Positions 49,226 through 57,898 of a DNA stretch of 64,000 nucleotides are shown here, piece after piece; within the stretch, counting starts at the first letter, position 1, and each line of letters begins with the position of its first letter. This DNA comes from an uncultured Candidatus Saccharibacteria bacterium. GTDB lineage: Bacteria; Patescibacteriota; Saccharimonadia; Saccharimonadales; JAGQNK01. The notes under the pieces were generated by a model. The model searched no databases, was not told where the DNA came from, and was given only the letters and a program-made list of their open reading frames with translations. The position numbers and the translations under genes are program-made. The stretch lies in contig CAZWRG010000002.1 in NCBI GenBank assembly GCA_964636355.1, forward strand, positions 32,746 through 96,745. Direction: 5' to 3'.

Positions 49226-49557
49226 TGAGTGATCAAGTATATAAAATTCGATTAAAGAAGGGCGATAAAGTTATTGTCCGAACTGGCAAATATAAAGGCC
49301 AGACCGGTACTGTGCTGCAGACTCATCCACGACTCAACAAAGTCACGGTTGAGGGCATAAATATTGTCAAAAAGCATCAAAAACCAAATCGTGCTCATCC
49401 GCAAGGTGGAATCATTGAAGTGACTAAACCAATCGATGTCAGTAAAGTTGGATTTTATGATGCGACTTCCAAGAAAGCCTCTAGAATTGGCTTCAAGGTG
49501 GACAAGGATGGTAAAAAGACTCGAGTTCTTAAAACCACCGGCAAGGAGATTAAATAA
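49225..49557 (+). CDS. rplX: 50S ribosomal protein L24
   Basis: KKGDKVIVRTGKYKGQTGTVL KOW motif. Confidence 0.95.
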   Translation: MSDQVYKIRLKKGDKVIVRTGKYKGQTGTVLQTHPRLNKVTVEGINIVKKHQKPNRAHPQGGIIEVTKPIDVSKVGFYDATSKKASRIGFKVDKDGKKTRVLKTTGKEIK

Positions 49558-50132
49558 TGGCAGAATCTAAAACCGCTACTTACACCGTAAGGTTAAAGCA
49601 GGAGTACAACCAAAAGTTTGCTGCTGAGCTGCAAAAAGAGTTAGGTCTTAAGAACTCATCCGAAGTCCCAAAGCTGGAAAAGATCGTGATTAATGTTGGT
49701 CTTGGCAAAGCTAAGGACGATAAGAAGGTTTTTGAAGTAGCCACCAACACACTGCGAAAAATCACCGGTCAGCAGCCAGTTGAAACAATCGCCAAGCAAT
49801 CAATTGCTGGGTTTAAGCTGCGTGAAGGTAACCGCATTGGCCTAAAAGTCACATTGCGCGACGCCAGAATGTACGAGTTCATGGATCGTTTGATTAATAT
49901 TGTGATTCCTCGGCTTCGTGACTTTCATGGTGTCAGTGAAAAATCATTTGATAAGTCTGGAAACTACAGTCTTGGTTTAGTTGATCAATCTGTTTTTCCT
50001 GAGCTGACCTTTGAAGAAACAACCACCCCGCACGGACTACAAGTGGTATTTGTAATTAAATGTCAGGAACGTGAGCATGCTAAAGCACTACTGAAGCAGT
50101 TTGGCATGCCATTCCAGAAAGGAGCAAAATAA
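49557..50132 (+). CDS. rplE: 50S ribosomal protein L5
   Basis: [13 protein letters not shown]...RDFHG...NYSLGL. Confidence 0.95.
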   Translation: MAESKTATYTVRLKQEYNQKFAAELQKELGLKNSSEVPKLEKIVINVGLGKAKDDKKVFEVATNTLRKITGQQPVETIAKQSIAGFKLREGNRIGLKVTLRDARMYEFMDRLINIVIPRLRDFHGVSEKSFDKSGNYSLGLVDQSVFPELTFEETTTPHGLQVVFVIKCQEREHAKALLKQFGMPFQKGAK

Positions 50133-50401
50133 TGGCTAAAAAGTCTATTGTTGCTCGTGATCTAAAACGACAGAAAATGATCCAAAAGTATGCCGCCAAA
50201 CGGGCTGAACTCAAGGCTATGGGTGATGCTGAAGGGTTACACAAATTGCCTCGCAATAGCTCGCCGACACGCTGGAAAAACCGTTGTGCTGAAACCGGAC
50301 GTCCTAGGGCTTACATGCGGCAATTTGGACTCAGTCGTATTAGCTTCCGAGAACATGCAAGCAAGGGTGAAATTCCCGGCGTAACGAAATCAAGTTGGTA
50401 G
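50132..50401 (+). CDS. rpsN: 30S ribosomal protein S14 (long, zinc-independent type)
   Basis: 89 aa reading [15 protein letters not shown]...[19 protein letters not shown]...PGVTKSSW. It has one Cys only, so no CxxC pairs. Confidence 0.93.
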   Translation: MAKKSIVARDLKRQKMIQKYAAKRAELKAMGDAEGLHKLPRNSSPTRWKNRCAETGRPRAYMRQFGLSRISFREHASKGEIPGVTKSSW

Positions 50402-50417
50402 AAAGGAGATAACAAAT

Positions 50418-50819
50418 ATGAGCACTACAACAACCGACCCAATAGCTGACATGTTATCTCGAATTCGAAACGCGATAGCAGTTAACAAAACCGAGGTTAG
50501 CTTGCCTCATTCTAATGTAAAAGAAGCAGTTGCTAAGCTTTTAGAGCAATCAAAATTCATTGACAAGGTGAATGTTGAAAAAGCTGAAGTTGGCAAAACA
50601 TTAAAGATTACAATCAACCAGCCGCAAACCAACGCCCGAATAACCGAGATTAAAAGGCTGAGTAAGCCTGGTCGACGCTACTACAGCAGCGCCGATAAAA
50701 TCCCAACAGTTATGCGCGGCCGCGGAATCGTCATCGTTAGTACCAGCAAAGGTATGATGACTGGCGCCCAAGCCAAGAAAAATGGTGTTGGCGGCGAATT
50801 AATTTGTAAAGTTTACTAA
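50418..50819 (+). CDS. rpsH: 30S ribosomal protein S8
   Basis: DPIADMLSRIRNA...GIVIVSTSKGMMT. Confidence 0.96.
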   Translation: MSTTTTDPIADMLSRIRNAIAVNKTEVSLPHSNVKEAVAKLLEQSKFIDKVNVEKAEVGKTLKITINQPQTNARITEIKRLSKPGRRYYSSADKIPTVMRGRGIVIVSTSKGMMTGAQAKKNGVGGELICKVY

Positions 50820-50911
50820 AGGAGTAGAAAGTAAAAAGTAGAAAGTTCATAAAGTAATAACTTTGAAACTTTTAACTTGATAACTTTATACTTTCGACTA
50901 AAGGAGAAAAG
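50820..50911 (+). repeat. rpsH-rplF spacer module: AAAGT-repeat arm / ACTTT-repeat arm imperfect hairpin, non-coding
   Basis: gtagaaagtaaaaagtagaaagttcataaagt ... aactttgaaacttttaacttgataactttatactttc. It ends cgactaaaggag before the ATG at 50912. No start codon and no open frame. Confidence 0.7.
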
Positions 50912-51451
50912 ATGAGTCGTATAGGAAAACTGCCAATCGATATCCCGAGCGGCGTGACAATCACTGTAGACCCTGAATGGATTACAGTTTCTGGGAGCAA
51001 GGGCACCCTCAAACAATTCACCATGCCAGGCGTAACAGTCAAGCAGCAAGACAACCAAATTGTGGTAACTCGTGACAATGACGAGCCAGTTAATCGATCC
51101 AAGCATGGGCTGATGCGGACTTTAATCAACAATATGGTTGTTGGTGTTAGCCAAGGCTTTGAAAAGAAACTTGAAATCAATGGTGTTGGTTTTAGGGTTG
51201 CAATGGCCGGCAATGGCTTGAAGCTAAACCTTGGTTTTTCTCATGATGTAAATTATGCTTTACCAACTGGCATAAGTGCCGCCGTGGAGCAGAATGTAAT
51301 CACCATTTCCGGTATTGATAAGCAGCAAGTTGGTCAAGTTGCTGCTGAAATTCGAGCCCTTAAGAAGCCTGAGCCATATAAAGGTAAAGGAATTAAATAC
51401 GTTGGCGAGCGAATTATTCGCAAGTCTGGTAAGTCAGGAAAGGACAAGTAA
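50912..51451 (+). CDS. rplF: 50S ribosomal protein L6
   Basis: [16 protein letters not shown]...PEPYKGKGI. Confidence 0.96.
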   Translation: MSRIGKLPIDIPSGVTITVDPEWITVSGSKGTLKQFTMPGVTVKQQDNQIVVTRDNDEPVNRSKHGLMRTLINNMVVGVSQGFEKKLEINGVGFRVAMAGNGLKLNLGFSHDVNYALPTGISAAVEQNVITISGIDKQQVGQVAAEIRALKKPEPYKGKGIKYVGERIIRKSGKSGKDK

Positions 51452-51452
51452 A

Positions 51453-51809
51453 ATGGCTAAAATATCGAAAAAATTGCAAAATCTTGTCCGGAGAAAAAAT
51501 CGGGTTCGGGCTACATTGTCCGGCACAGCAGTTCGTCCGCGGCTGAGTGTGTTCGTCAGCAATAAGCACGTTAGCGCGCAACTAATTGACGATGAAAATC
51601 ACCAGACATTAGTTCAGGTTAGTACGGTTGGTCAAAAATCCGCAACTGGAACAATGACCGAAAGAGCGACTTGGGTTGGCGCTGAAATCGCCAAGCAGGC
51701 TAAAACCAAGAAGATTAAGACAGTTATATTTGACCGCGGCGGTAGACTTTACCACGGCCGTGTAAAGGCACTGGCTGATGCAGCTCGTGACGGGGGATTG
51801 GAGTTTTAA
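51453..51809 (+). CDS. rplR: 50S ribosomal protein L18
   Basis: Start trimmed from 51315 to the ATG at 51453 ([20 protein letters not shown]...). [19 protein letters not shown] and [26 protein letters not shown]. Confidence 0.95.
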   Translation: MAKISKKLQNLVRRKNRVRATLSGTAVRPRLSVFVSNKHVSAQLIDDENHQTLVQVSTVGQKSATGTMTERATWVGAEIAKQAKTKKIKTVIFDRGGRLYHGRVKALADAARDGGLEF

Positions 51810-51811
51810 TT

Positions 51812-52363
51812 ATGGCTGAACAAAGAAGAAACAGGCAGCAAGCACCGACAGAAGAAAAACAGTTCGACGAACGAGTGGTTCATATTGACCGCGTCGCCCG
51901 TGTTGTTAAGGGTGGTCGACGATTTAGGTTCCGCGCCCTAGTGGTACTTGGTGATCACAAAGGCAAGGTTGGAATTGGTATTTCAAAGGGTGCTGACGTA
52001 ACAGCAGCCGTCGCCAAGGCAGTTGATGTTGCCAAGAAAAACATGGTATCGATTCATCTTTATAACGGCACAATTCCACATGAAGCCGAAGCTAAAGTAA
52101 GCGGTGCTCGAATCTTAATCAAGCCAGCAGCGCCAGGTACCGGTTTGATTGCTGGTGGTGTGGTACGAACAGTTCTTGAAGTAGCTGGCGTCAACAATGC
52201 GCTTTCAAAATCACTCGGCTCAACTAATAAAATTAATATTGCTTACGCCACTTTAGAGGCCTTGCAATCAGTCGTGCCGGCTGCCGAATGGCTGACAGTT
52301 AAAAGTAAAAAGTCTCAAGAATCAGCCACCAAAGCTAAGAAAGCAGCTGAAGGAGCAAAATAA
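51812..52363 (+). CDS. rpsE: 30S ribosomal protein S5
   Basis: VVHIDRVARVVKGGRRFRFRALVVLGD and PAAPGTGLIAGG. Confidence 0.96.
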   Translation: MAEQRRNRQQAPTEEKQFDERVVHIDRVARVVKGGRRFRFRALVVLGDHKGKVGIGISKGADVTAAVAKAVDVAKKNMVSIHLYNGTIPHEAEAKVSGARILIKPAAPGTGLIAGGVVRTVLEVAGVNNALSKSLGSTNKINIAYATLEALQSVVPAAEWLTVKSKKSQESATKAKKAAEGAK

Positions 52364-52833
52364 TGAAATTTAATGATTTAAATCTGACTAAAAATCGTTC
52401 CCCAAAGCGAGTTGGCCGCGGTACGGCTTCTGGTCACGGTAAAACTGCTGGCCGAGGCACCAAAGGTCAAAGCTCGCGCTCTGGCGGCAAGGTTCGTCCA
52501 GGTTTTGAGGGCGGTCAAAACCCACTTTATAAGCGGCTTCCAAAGCTGCCGGGTTTTACTTCTCACCGGCCAAAAGCTGAGAATATTTACACTGGCCAAT
52601 TAGATGCTTTTGCGGGCAAAACAGTTGATAATTTTACACTGGCAAATGCTGGCTTAGTCTCCAGCCCATACACCAAAGTAAAGTTAATCTCAAAGGGCGA
52701 AGTGACTAAAAAAGTCACTGTCAAACTGCAAGCAGCCAGTGAAACGGCTATTGAAGCTGTTCAAAAAGCTGGTGGCAGTTTCAGCGTGGTTGATCAGGTC
52801 AAAAGATTGCCCAAAGAAAAATCTGACAAATAA
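52363..52833 (+). CDS. rplO: 50S ribosomal protein L15 (follows S5 directly; no L30 gene)
   Basis: KRVGRGTASGHGKTAGRGTKGQ. TAATG junction with rpsE. Confidence 0.95.
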   Translation: MKFNDLNLTKNRSPKRVGRGTASGHGKTAGRGTKGQSSRSGGKVRPGFEGGQNPLYKRLPKLPGFTSHRPKAENIYTGQLDAFAGKTVDNFTLANAGLVSSPYTKVKLISKGEVTKKVTVKLQAASETAIEAVQKAGGSFSVVDQVKRLPKEKSDK

Positions 52834-52856
52834 ACCGCAATTTTAAAATCACTGAT

Positions 52857-52896
52857 AAAAACTGCTCTTTTATGTAGTATACTAGGAGCAGTTTTT
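52857..52896 (+). terminator. stem-loop with T-run between rplO and secY
   Basis: aaaaactgctc (52857-52867) pairs with gagcagttttt (52886-52896), 18-nt loop. Confidence 0.5.
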
Positions 52897-52927
52897 ATGT
52901 TGAACTTGAGGGGAAAATACTGATTTT

Positions 52928-54433
52928 ATGAACTGGAAGATTATTTGGAAATCATTTAGCAATAGCGACATGCGCGGCCGTATTTTGGCTGTCCTGGGGA
53001 TGTTGCTGGTATTCAGAATTTTAGCTCATGTGCCTATTCCGCTAAGTGATCCGCAAACCCTAAGACAAGTTCTGGAAAACCTTTTTTCCTCGGCTGATAC
53101 GCCGCAGCTTCTGAGTTTTATTGATGTTTTATCTGGTGGAGCATTGGCTAATTTTTCAATTATGCTGGTTGGACTTGGTCCATACATTAATGCCAGTATT
53201 ATTATGCAACTGCTGACCAAAGCTATTCCGCAGCTTGAAAATCTTAATAAAGAGGGTGAATTTGGTCGGCGCAAAATCAATCAATACACTAGAATTCTAA
53301 CCTTGCCGCTAGCGATTATACAATCAGTCGGTGCCATTTACCTGGTGCGCCAATCGGCACTTCAGATCGGCGGAATTGGTGACATTACCGCTAATACATC
53401 AATTGCCCAGTGGGTGTTGATGGTCGCTTCGCTAACTGGTGGCGCCATGCTGCTGATGTGGCTGGGAGAACTAATAACCGAACAAAGCATCGGTAATGGA
53501 ATATCGCTGCTAATCACAGTTGGAATTGTCAGTACTCTGCCGGCGACAATCTCCAGTCTTTATTCGGCGGTTTTCAGTGGCGGCGAAACAAGTATCTTAG
53601 GATTCAAGTTCGGTTTTGACCGTGCTCAAGCGATTTATGCTGGGATAATTGTGGCGGTTACAGTTTTGATTACTGTATTGGTGGTTAAAATTAACGAGGC
53701 TTCGCGGCGATTGACCATTAACTACGCCAAACGAGTTCAGGGCAACCGAGCTTACGGCGGCGTGACAACTGTTCTGCCAATCAAATTAATAACCGCCGGT
53801 GTGATTCCGATAATTTTTGCGGTCGCCTTTTTGAGTGTGCCGGCTTTCGTCGGTCAAATATTGTCCGGCGCCGGTAGCGCCAGACTTCAGGAAATCGGCG
53901 CTAAGCTTACTATTTGGTTCCAAAATCCCAGCCCGCAGACCTTCATGCAAGAAGGATTCACGCCATATATTTACCCGCTGGTCTATTTCTTGTTAGTTTT
54001 TCTATTTACTTTCTTCTACACCAGCATCACTTTCAACAGCAAAGAAATAGCAGAGAACTTACAAAAACAAGGTGGATTTATTGAAAATGTTCGCTCCGGC
54101 GCGCAAACAGAGAAATACTTAAGCCGAATTGTGAACCGTTTAACACTATTCGGAGCTGTGGCTCTCGGACTACTAGCACTAGTGCCGATTATCGGCCAGG
54201 CTTTTCTTCAGACCAACATTGCGCTTGGTGGAACCAGTATTTTGATCTTGGTATCAGTAGCGCTTGAAACCTTACGAGCCGTTGAATCTCGAGCCTTAAT
54301 GGTAACTTATGATCAGTACGAACAGCCTGATTTCTTTTATGATACCTCTGTTCCAGCCGAAGCTGCCACTGGCGGACGACGACTAAAATTCCTGCCCAAA
54401 CGAAACAAAAAATCGACCACCGATAAAAAATAA
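52928..54433 (+). CDS. secY: preprotein translocase subunit SecY (C-terminally extended)
   Basis: 10-TM profile with GLGPYINASIIMQLL and LMWLGELITE. ~60 aa basic tail. Confidence 0.95.
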   Translation: MNWKIIWKSFSNSDMRGRILAVLGMLLVFRILAHVPIPLSDPQTLRQVLENLFSSADTPQLLSFIDVLSGGALANFSIMLVGLGPYINASIIMQLLTKAIPQLENLNKEGEFGRRKINQYTRILTLPLAIIQSVGAIYLVRQSALQIGGIGDITANTSIAQWVLMVASLTGGAMLLMWLGELITEQSIGNGISLLITVGIVSTLPATISSLYSAVFSGGETSILGFKFGFDRAQAIYAGIIVAVTVLITVLVVKINEASRRLTINYAKRVQGNRAYGGVTTVLPIKLITAGVIPIIFAVAFLSVPAFVGQILSGAGSARLQEIGAKLTIWFQNPSPQTFMQEGFTPYIYPLVYFLLVFLFTFFYTSITFNSKEIAENLQKQGGFIENVRSGAQTEKYLSRIVNRLTLFGAVALGLLALVPIIGQAFLQTNIALGGTSILILVSVALETLRAVESRALMVTYDQYEQPDFFYDTSVPAEAATGGRRLKFLPKRNKKSTTDKK

Positions 54434-54490
54434 TAAAACTCTTTACAAACTGTAGTCATATTTGCTATACTTCATTGACGTTATATCTGT

Positions 54491-54712
54491 ATGGCAAAAA
54501 ATAAGGAAGTAATCGAGTTAATGGGAGTAGTAAAAGAGGCCCTTCCAGGGACTCAGTTCCGTGTAGAGCTCGAAAACGGTCATCAGATTATAGCTCATGT
54601 TGCCGGTAAAATGCGAAAACACTACATTCGTTTGGTACCGGGCGACAGCGTTACGGTAGAATTGACACCTTACGATCTTACGAAGGGTCGGATAACGTAC
54701 CGCAAGTCCTAG
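54491..54712 (+). CDS. infA: translation initiation factor IF-1
   Basis: [52 protein letters not shown]. Confidence 0.97.
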   Translation: MAKNKEVIELMGVVKEALPGTQFRVELENGHQIIAHVAGKMRKHYIRLVPGDSVTVELTPYDLTKGRITYRKS

Positions 54713-54777
54713 TACTTTCTTACTAGTTTTATAAATTATAAGGGCAGTGAGTTATTGCGAAAGGAGCAATGATCCGC

Positions 54778-54894
54778 ATGAAAGTGCGTGCAAGTGTGAA
54801 AAAGATTAGCCCCGACGACAAAATTGTACGTCGTAAGGGTCGTCTTTACGTTATAAACAAATTTAAGCCCAAGCATAAGCAAAGGCAAGGATAA
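54778..54894 (+). CDS. rpmJ: 50S ribosomal protein L36, Cys-less (zinc-independent, YkgO-like) form
   Basis: Not in the ORF track (38 aa): [40 protein letters not shown] aaggag lies 11 nt upstream. The usual CxxC...CxxxH positions read S, D, N. Confidence 0.9.
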   Translation: MKVRASVKKISPDDKIVRRKGRLYVINKFKPKHKQRQG

Positions 54895-54898
54895 AATT

Positions 54899-55006
54899 AT
54901 GAATAATTTTATCAAGTTAAAAGTTAAAAGTGTAAAGGTAAAAGTAGCTCAACTTTCTACTTTCAACTTTCTACTTTCAACTCAAGTTACCGGAGGTAAC
55001 AAATAA
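54899..55006 (+). other. rpmJ-rpsM spacer module: purine-rich / pyrimidine-rich arms, also a 35-codon ORF ending in TAATG
   Basis: Arm aagttaaaagttaaaagtgtaaaggtaaaagtag faces arm aactttctactttcaactttctactttcaactcaagtt. ATG at 54899; the TAA at 55004-55006 overlaps the rpsM ATG. Translation: MNNFIKLKVKSVKVKVAQLSTFNFLLSTQVTGGNK. Confidence 0.6.
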
Positions 55007-55392
55007 TGGCGCGAATATCTGGAGTAACCATTCCGGACAATAAGCAAGTGCAAGTGGCGCTTACTTATGTTTATGGAATCGGCCCCAAGACCGCTGGTGA
55101 TATTTTGACACAAGCCAAAGTTGAGCCAACCGTAAGGACCAAAGAATTAACCGATGCCGAAATTTCACGCATCCAAGATGTTATCAACGAGACGCTAACT
55201 GTAGAAGGTGAACTTCAAAGAATTGTTAGTACTAACATCAAGCGTCTGAAAGACATTGGCAGCTACCGTGGTATGCGCCACAAAGCCAACTTGCCAAGTC
55301 GCGGACAGCGCACCCGAACTAACGGACGATCCCGCCGGGGTCGTAAGGTCGCCGTTGGTGGAGCACAACCTAAATCAGCATCTAAGACATAG
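55006..55392 (+). CDS. rpsM: 30S ribosomal protein S13
   Basis: MARISGVTIPDNKQVQVALTYVYGIG...GSYRGMRH. Confidence 0.97.
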   Translation: MARISGVTIPDNKQVQVALTYVYGIGPKTAGDILTQAKVEPTVRTKELTDAEISRIQDVINETLTVEGELQRIVSTNIKRLKDIGSYRGMRHKANLPSRGQRTRTNGRSRRGRKVAVGGAQPKSASKT

Positions 55393-55401
55393 GACTCAAA
55401 C

Positions 55402-55797
55402 ATGGCAGAAATATCTACAGCAACCAAGAAGAAAAAAGCCAAGCGCTCGGTTCCTTATGGACAGATGCACATTCAGGCTACATTTAATAACACGATTATC
55501 ACCTTTACCGACCCAGCTGGCGGCAAGCTAACTGCTTCAAGTGCCGGCGCATGCGGTTTTCGAGGTAGCAAAAAGGGTACTGCCTACGCAGCCCAAGTTG
55601 CTACTGAAAAAGCCGGTCAGGCTGCCAAGCAGCTTCACGGTTTAACCAAAGTTGACGTTTTTATAAAAGGTATTGGACTGGGCCGCGAGGCAGCTGTTCG
55701 AAGCCTCAGCGGTCTTGACATCAAAGTCGAGTCAATCAAAGACGTTACCGGCGTGCCCCATGGCGGTGTAAGACCTCGTAAGGCACGAAGGGTATAG
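55402..55797 (+). CDS. rpsK: 30S ribosomal protein S11
   Basis: HIQATFNNTIITFTD..G...SAGACGFRGSKKGT. Confidence 0.97.
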   Translation: MAEISTATKKKKAKRSVPYGQMHIQATFNNTIITFTDPAGGKLTASSAGACGFRGSKKGTAYAAQVATEKAGQAAKQLHGLTKVDVFIKGIGLGREAAVRSLSGLDIKVESIKDVTGVPHGGVRPRKARRV

Positions 55798-55811
55798 GCA
55801 GGAGATTTATT

Positions 55812-56429
55812 ATGGCAAGAGATACTCAATCGATAGTAAAAATGTCCCGCCGCGAAGGTTATGCGCTTCACCCTAAGGCTCATAAGGCTTTAGCAAAACG
55901 CAGTGGCCCGCCGGGACAACAGGGTGGACGTTATCAACGAAACAAGGCTAGTCAGTATTCGCTGCAGCTTCGAGAAAAGCAAAAGGTCAAGCGGCTTTAT
56001 GGTCTGCTTGAAAAACAGTTCAGCAACCTGATGAAAGAAGCCACTCGCCGCCAAGGTCAATCTGGCGAAAACCTGTTGCAGCTACTAGAACAACGAGCTG
56101 ACAATGCGGTTTATCGGGCTGGATTTGCTCCTTCACGTCGAGCTGCTCGACAGCTGGTGACTCACGGTCACTTTATGCTGAATGGTCGTCGTGTCGATAT
56201 TCCATCAATCCGCATGAAAGCTGGCGATGTTTTGACAGTGCGTGAACACAGCGCAAAGACCGAATATTTCAAGAGAATTGATGAAGTTAGCCCAGTCCCG
56301 TCAGAAATTCCTGGCTGGATGAATGTTAACCGCAAAAAACTAGAAGTGAAAATTACCGGTTCACCTGTTCGTGAAGACGCTGAACCAGACATAAATGAAC
56401 AATTAATCGTGGAATATTACTCACGCTAA
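55812..56429 (+). CDS. rpsD: 30S ribosomal protein S4
   Basis: S4 domain (RADNAVYRAGFAPSRRAARQLVTHGHFMLNGRRV). Confidence 0.96.
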   Translation: MARDTQSIVKMSRREGYALHPKAHKALAKRSGPPGQQGGRYQRNKASQYSLQLREKQKVKRLYGLLEKQFSNLMKEATRRQGQSGENLLQLLEQRADNAVYRAGFAPSRRAARQLVTHGHFMLNGRRVDIPSIRMKAGDVLTVREHSAKTEYFKRIDEVSPVPSEIPGWMNVNRKKLEVKITGSPVREDAEPDINEQLIVEYYSR

Positions 56430-56448
56430 GGGACTACAGGAGAAAATA

Positions 56449-57390
56449 ATGTCTAAAACAATCCACACCCCAGGAGTTGTCAACGTACAAGATCACGCCT
56501 CAAACAGTGCAACTTTTACTGTTGAGCCGCTGCATACCGGTTACGGAATGACTCTGGGAAACAGCTTACGCCGAGTTTTGCTTTCTAGCATTGCAGGCGC
56601 AGCCGTAACTGCCTTTAAGGTTGAAGGTGCAACTCATGAGTTCACTACTATCCCTGGCGTGAAAGAAGATGTCGTTGACATCATGCTTAATCTAAAGGGT
56701 ATTCGGTTCCGCGTTTTTGGTGATGAAATCCAGAACCTTCGAATCACTAAAAAAGGTCGCGGCACAGTAACCGCTAAAGACATCCAGCTGAACGCTGATG
56801 TTGAGATCGCTAACCCGGATCACGTGATTGCCACTATCGACGACGATAAAGCTAATTTCGTGATGGATCTAGTGGTCGAGACTGGTCGCGGTTATCGCAC
56901 AATCGAAGAAGGCACAATCCGAAAAGCCAGCGACATGATTGCTGTCGATGCTATTTTTAGCCCAGTTTTGAGAGTTCGCTATAAGGTCGAGAACACTCGT
57001 GTTGGACAAATCACCGACCTTGATAAGCTAATTATCACTATCGACACTGACGAGACCATTAGTCCACGAGATGCTTTTGAAGAAGCAGCCGCGATTTTGG
57101 TTAATCAATACACCGCGCTGGCTGGTCAAACCCGAGTTGAACTGTCTGCTCCGGCAACGGCTGGAGATGATGACCTTGATGGTGCCGATGGCGACGATGC
57201 GCCTGAGCTTATGACTCCAATCGAAGACATGAACCTCAGCGCTCGTACAACCAACGCTTTGATCAATAACGACATCCACACCCTTAAAGATCTATTCTCG
57301 TTGAGTGATCCGGAGCTTCGAGAGCTGAAAGGCTTTGGTAGCAAGGCACTTGATGAAGTTAAAGAGAAATTAGCGGAGTTGGAGCTCTAA
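56449..57390 (+). CDS. rpoA: DNA-directed RNA polymerase subunit alpha
   Basis: EPLHTGYGMTLGNSLRRVLLSSI and C-terminal domain LSARTTNALINNDIHTLKDL. Confidence 0.96.
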   Translation: MSKTIHTPGVVNVQDHASNSATFTVEPLHTGYGMTLGNSLRRVLLSSIAGAAVTAFKVEGATHEFTTIPGVKEDVVDIMLNLKGIRFRVFGDEIQNLRITKKGRGTVTAKDIQLNADVEIANPDHVIATIDDDKANFVMDLVVETGRGYRTIEEGTIRKASDMIAVDAIFSPVLRVRYKVENTRVGQITDLDKLIITIDTDETISPRDAFEEAAAILVNQYTALAGQTRVELSAPATAGDDDLDGADGDDAPELMTPIEDMNLSARTTNALINNDIHTLKDLFSLSDPELRELKGFGSKALDEVKEKLAELEL

Positions 57391-57391
57391 T

Positions 57392-57898
57392 ATGCATCGT
57401 CACGGATATAAAGGTCGGAAATTCCACCGCGAGCGTGATCAGCGCCGAGCTCTGATTAAGAGCTTAGCCGAAAGCCTGATCAAATATGAATCAATTGAAA
57501 CAACTTTGCCAAAGGCTAAAGAAGTTCTGCCGTATGTTGAAAAGCTGATAACCAAGGCCAAAAAAGGTGATCTGCATAATCGTCGCCAAGTGATTAGCTC
57601 ACTTCAGACGATTGAAACTGCCCACAAATTGGTTGATGAAATCGCTCCCAAATTAAAAGGCCGCGTCAGTGGTCACCTAAGGATTGAACGAACTGATTTT
57701 CGTCGCGGCGATCATGCTCAGATGGCAAGAATCAGCTTTGTAGATGATCTTAAGCAACCGCCGGTTGCAGCAGCAAGCAAACCAGCTGAGAAGAAGGCTT
57801 CACCTACACCTAAGACGCCAGCTAAAGCAAAGCAAGCTACCGCTAAGACTAAGCCAGCCGCTAAAAAGCCGGCTCCGTCCAAGAAAGAGGCTAAATAA
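57392..57898 (+). CDS. rplQ: 50S ribosomal protein L17 with Ala/Lys/Pro-rich tail
   Basis: MHRHGYKGRKFHRERDQRRAL...; tail reads AAASKPAEKKASPTPKTPAKAKQATAKTKPAAKKPA. Confidence 0.95.
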   Translation: MHRHGYKGRKFHRERDQRRALIKSLAESLIKYESIETTLPKAKEVLPYVEKLITKAKKGDLHNRRQVISSLQTIETAHKLVDEIAPKLKGRVSGHLRIERTDFRRGDHAQMARISFVDDLKQPPVAAASKPAEKKASPTPKTPAKAKQATAKTKPAAKKPAPSKKEAK

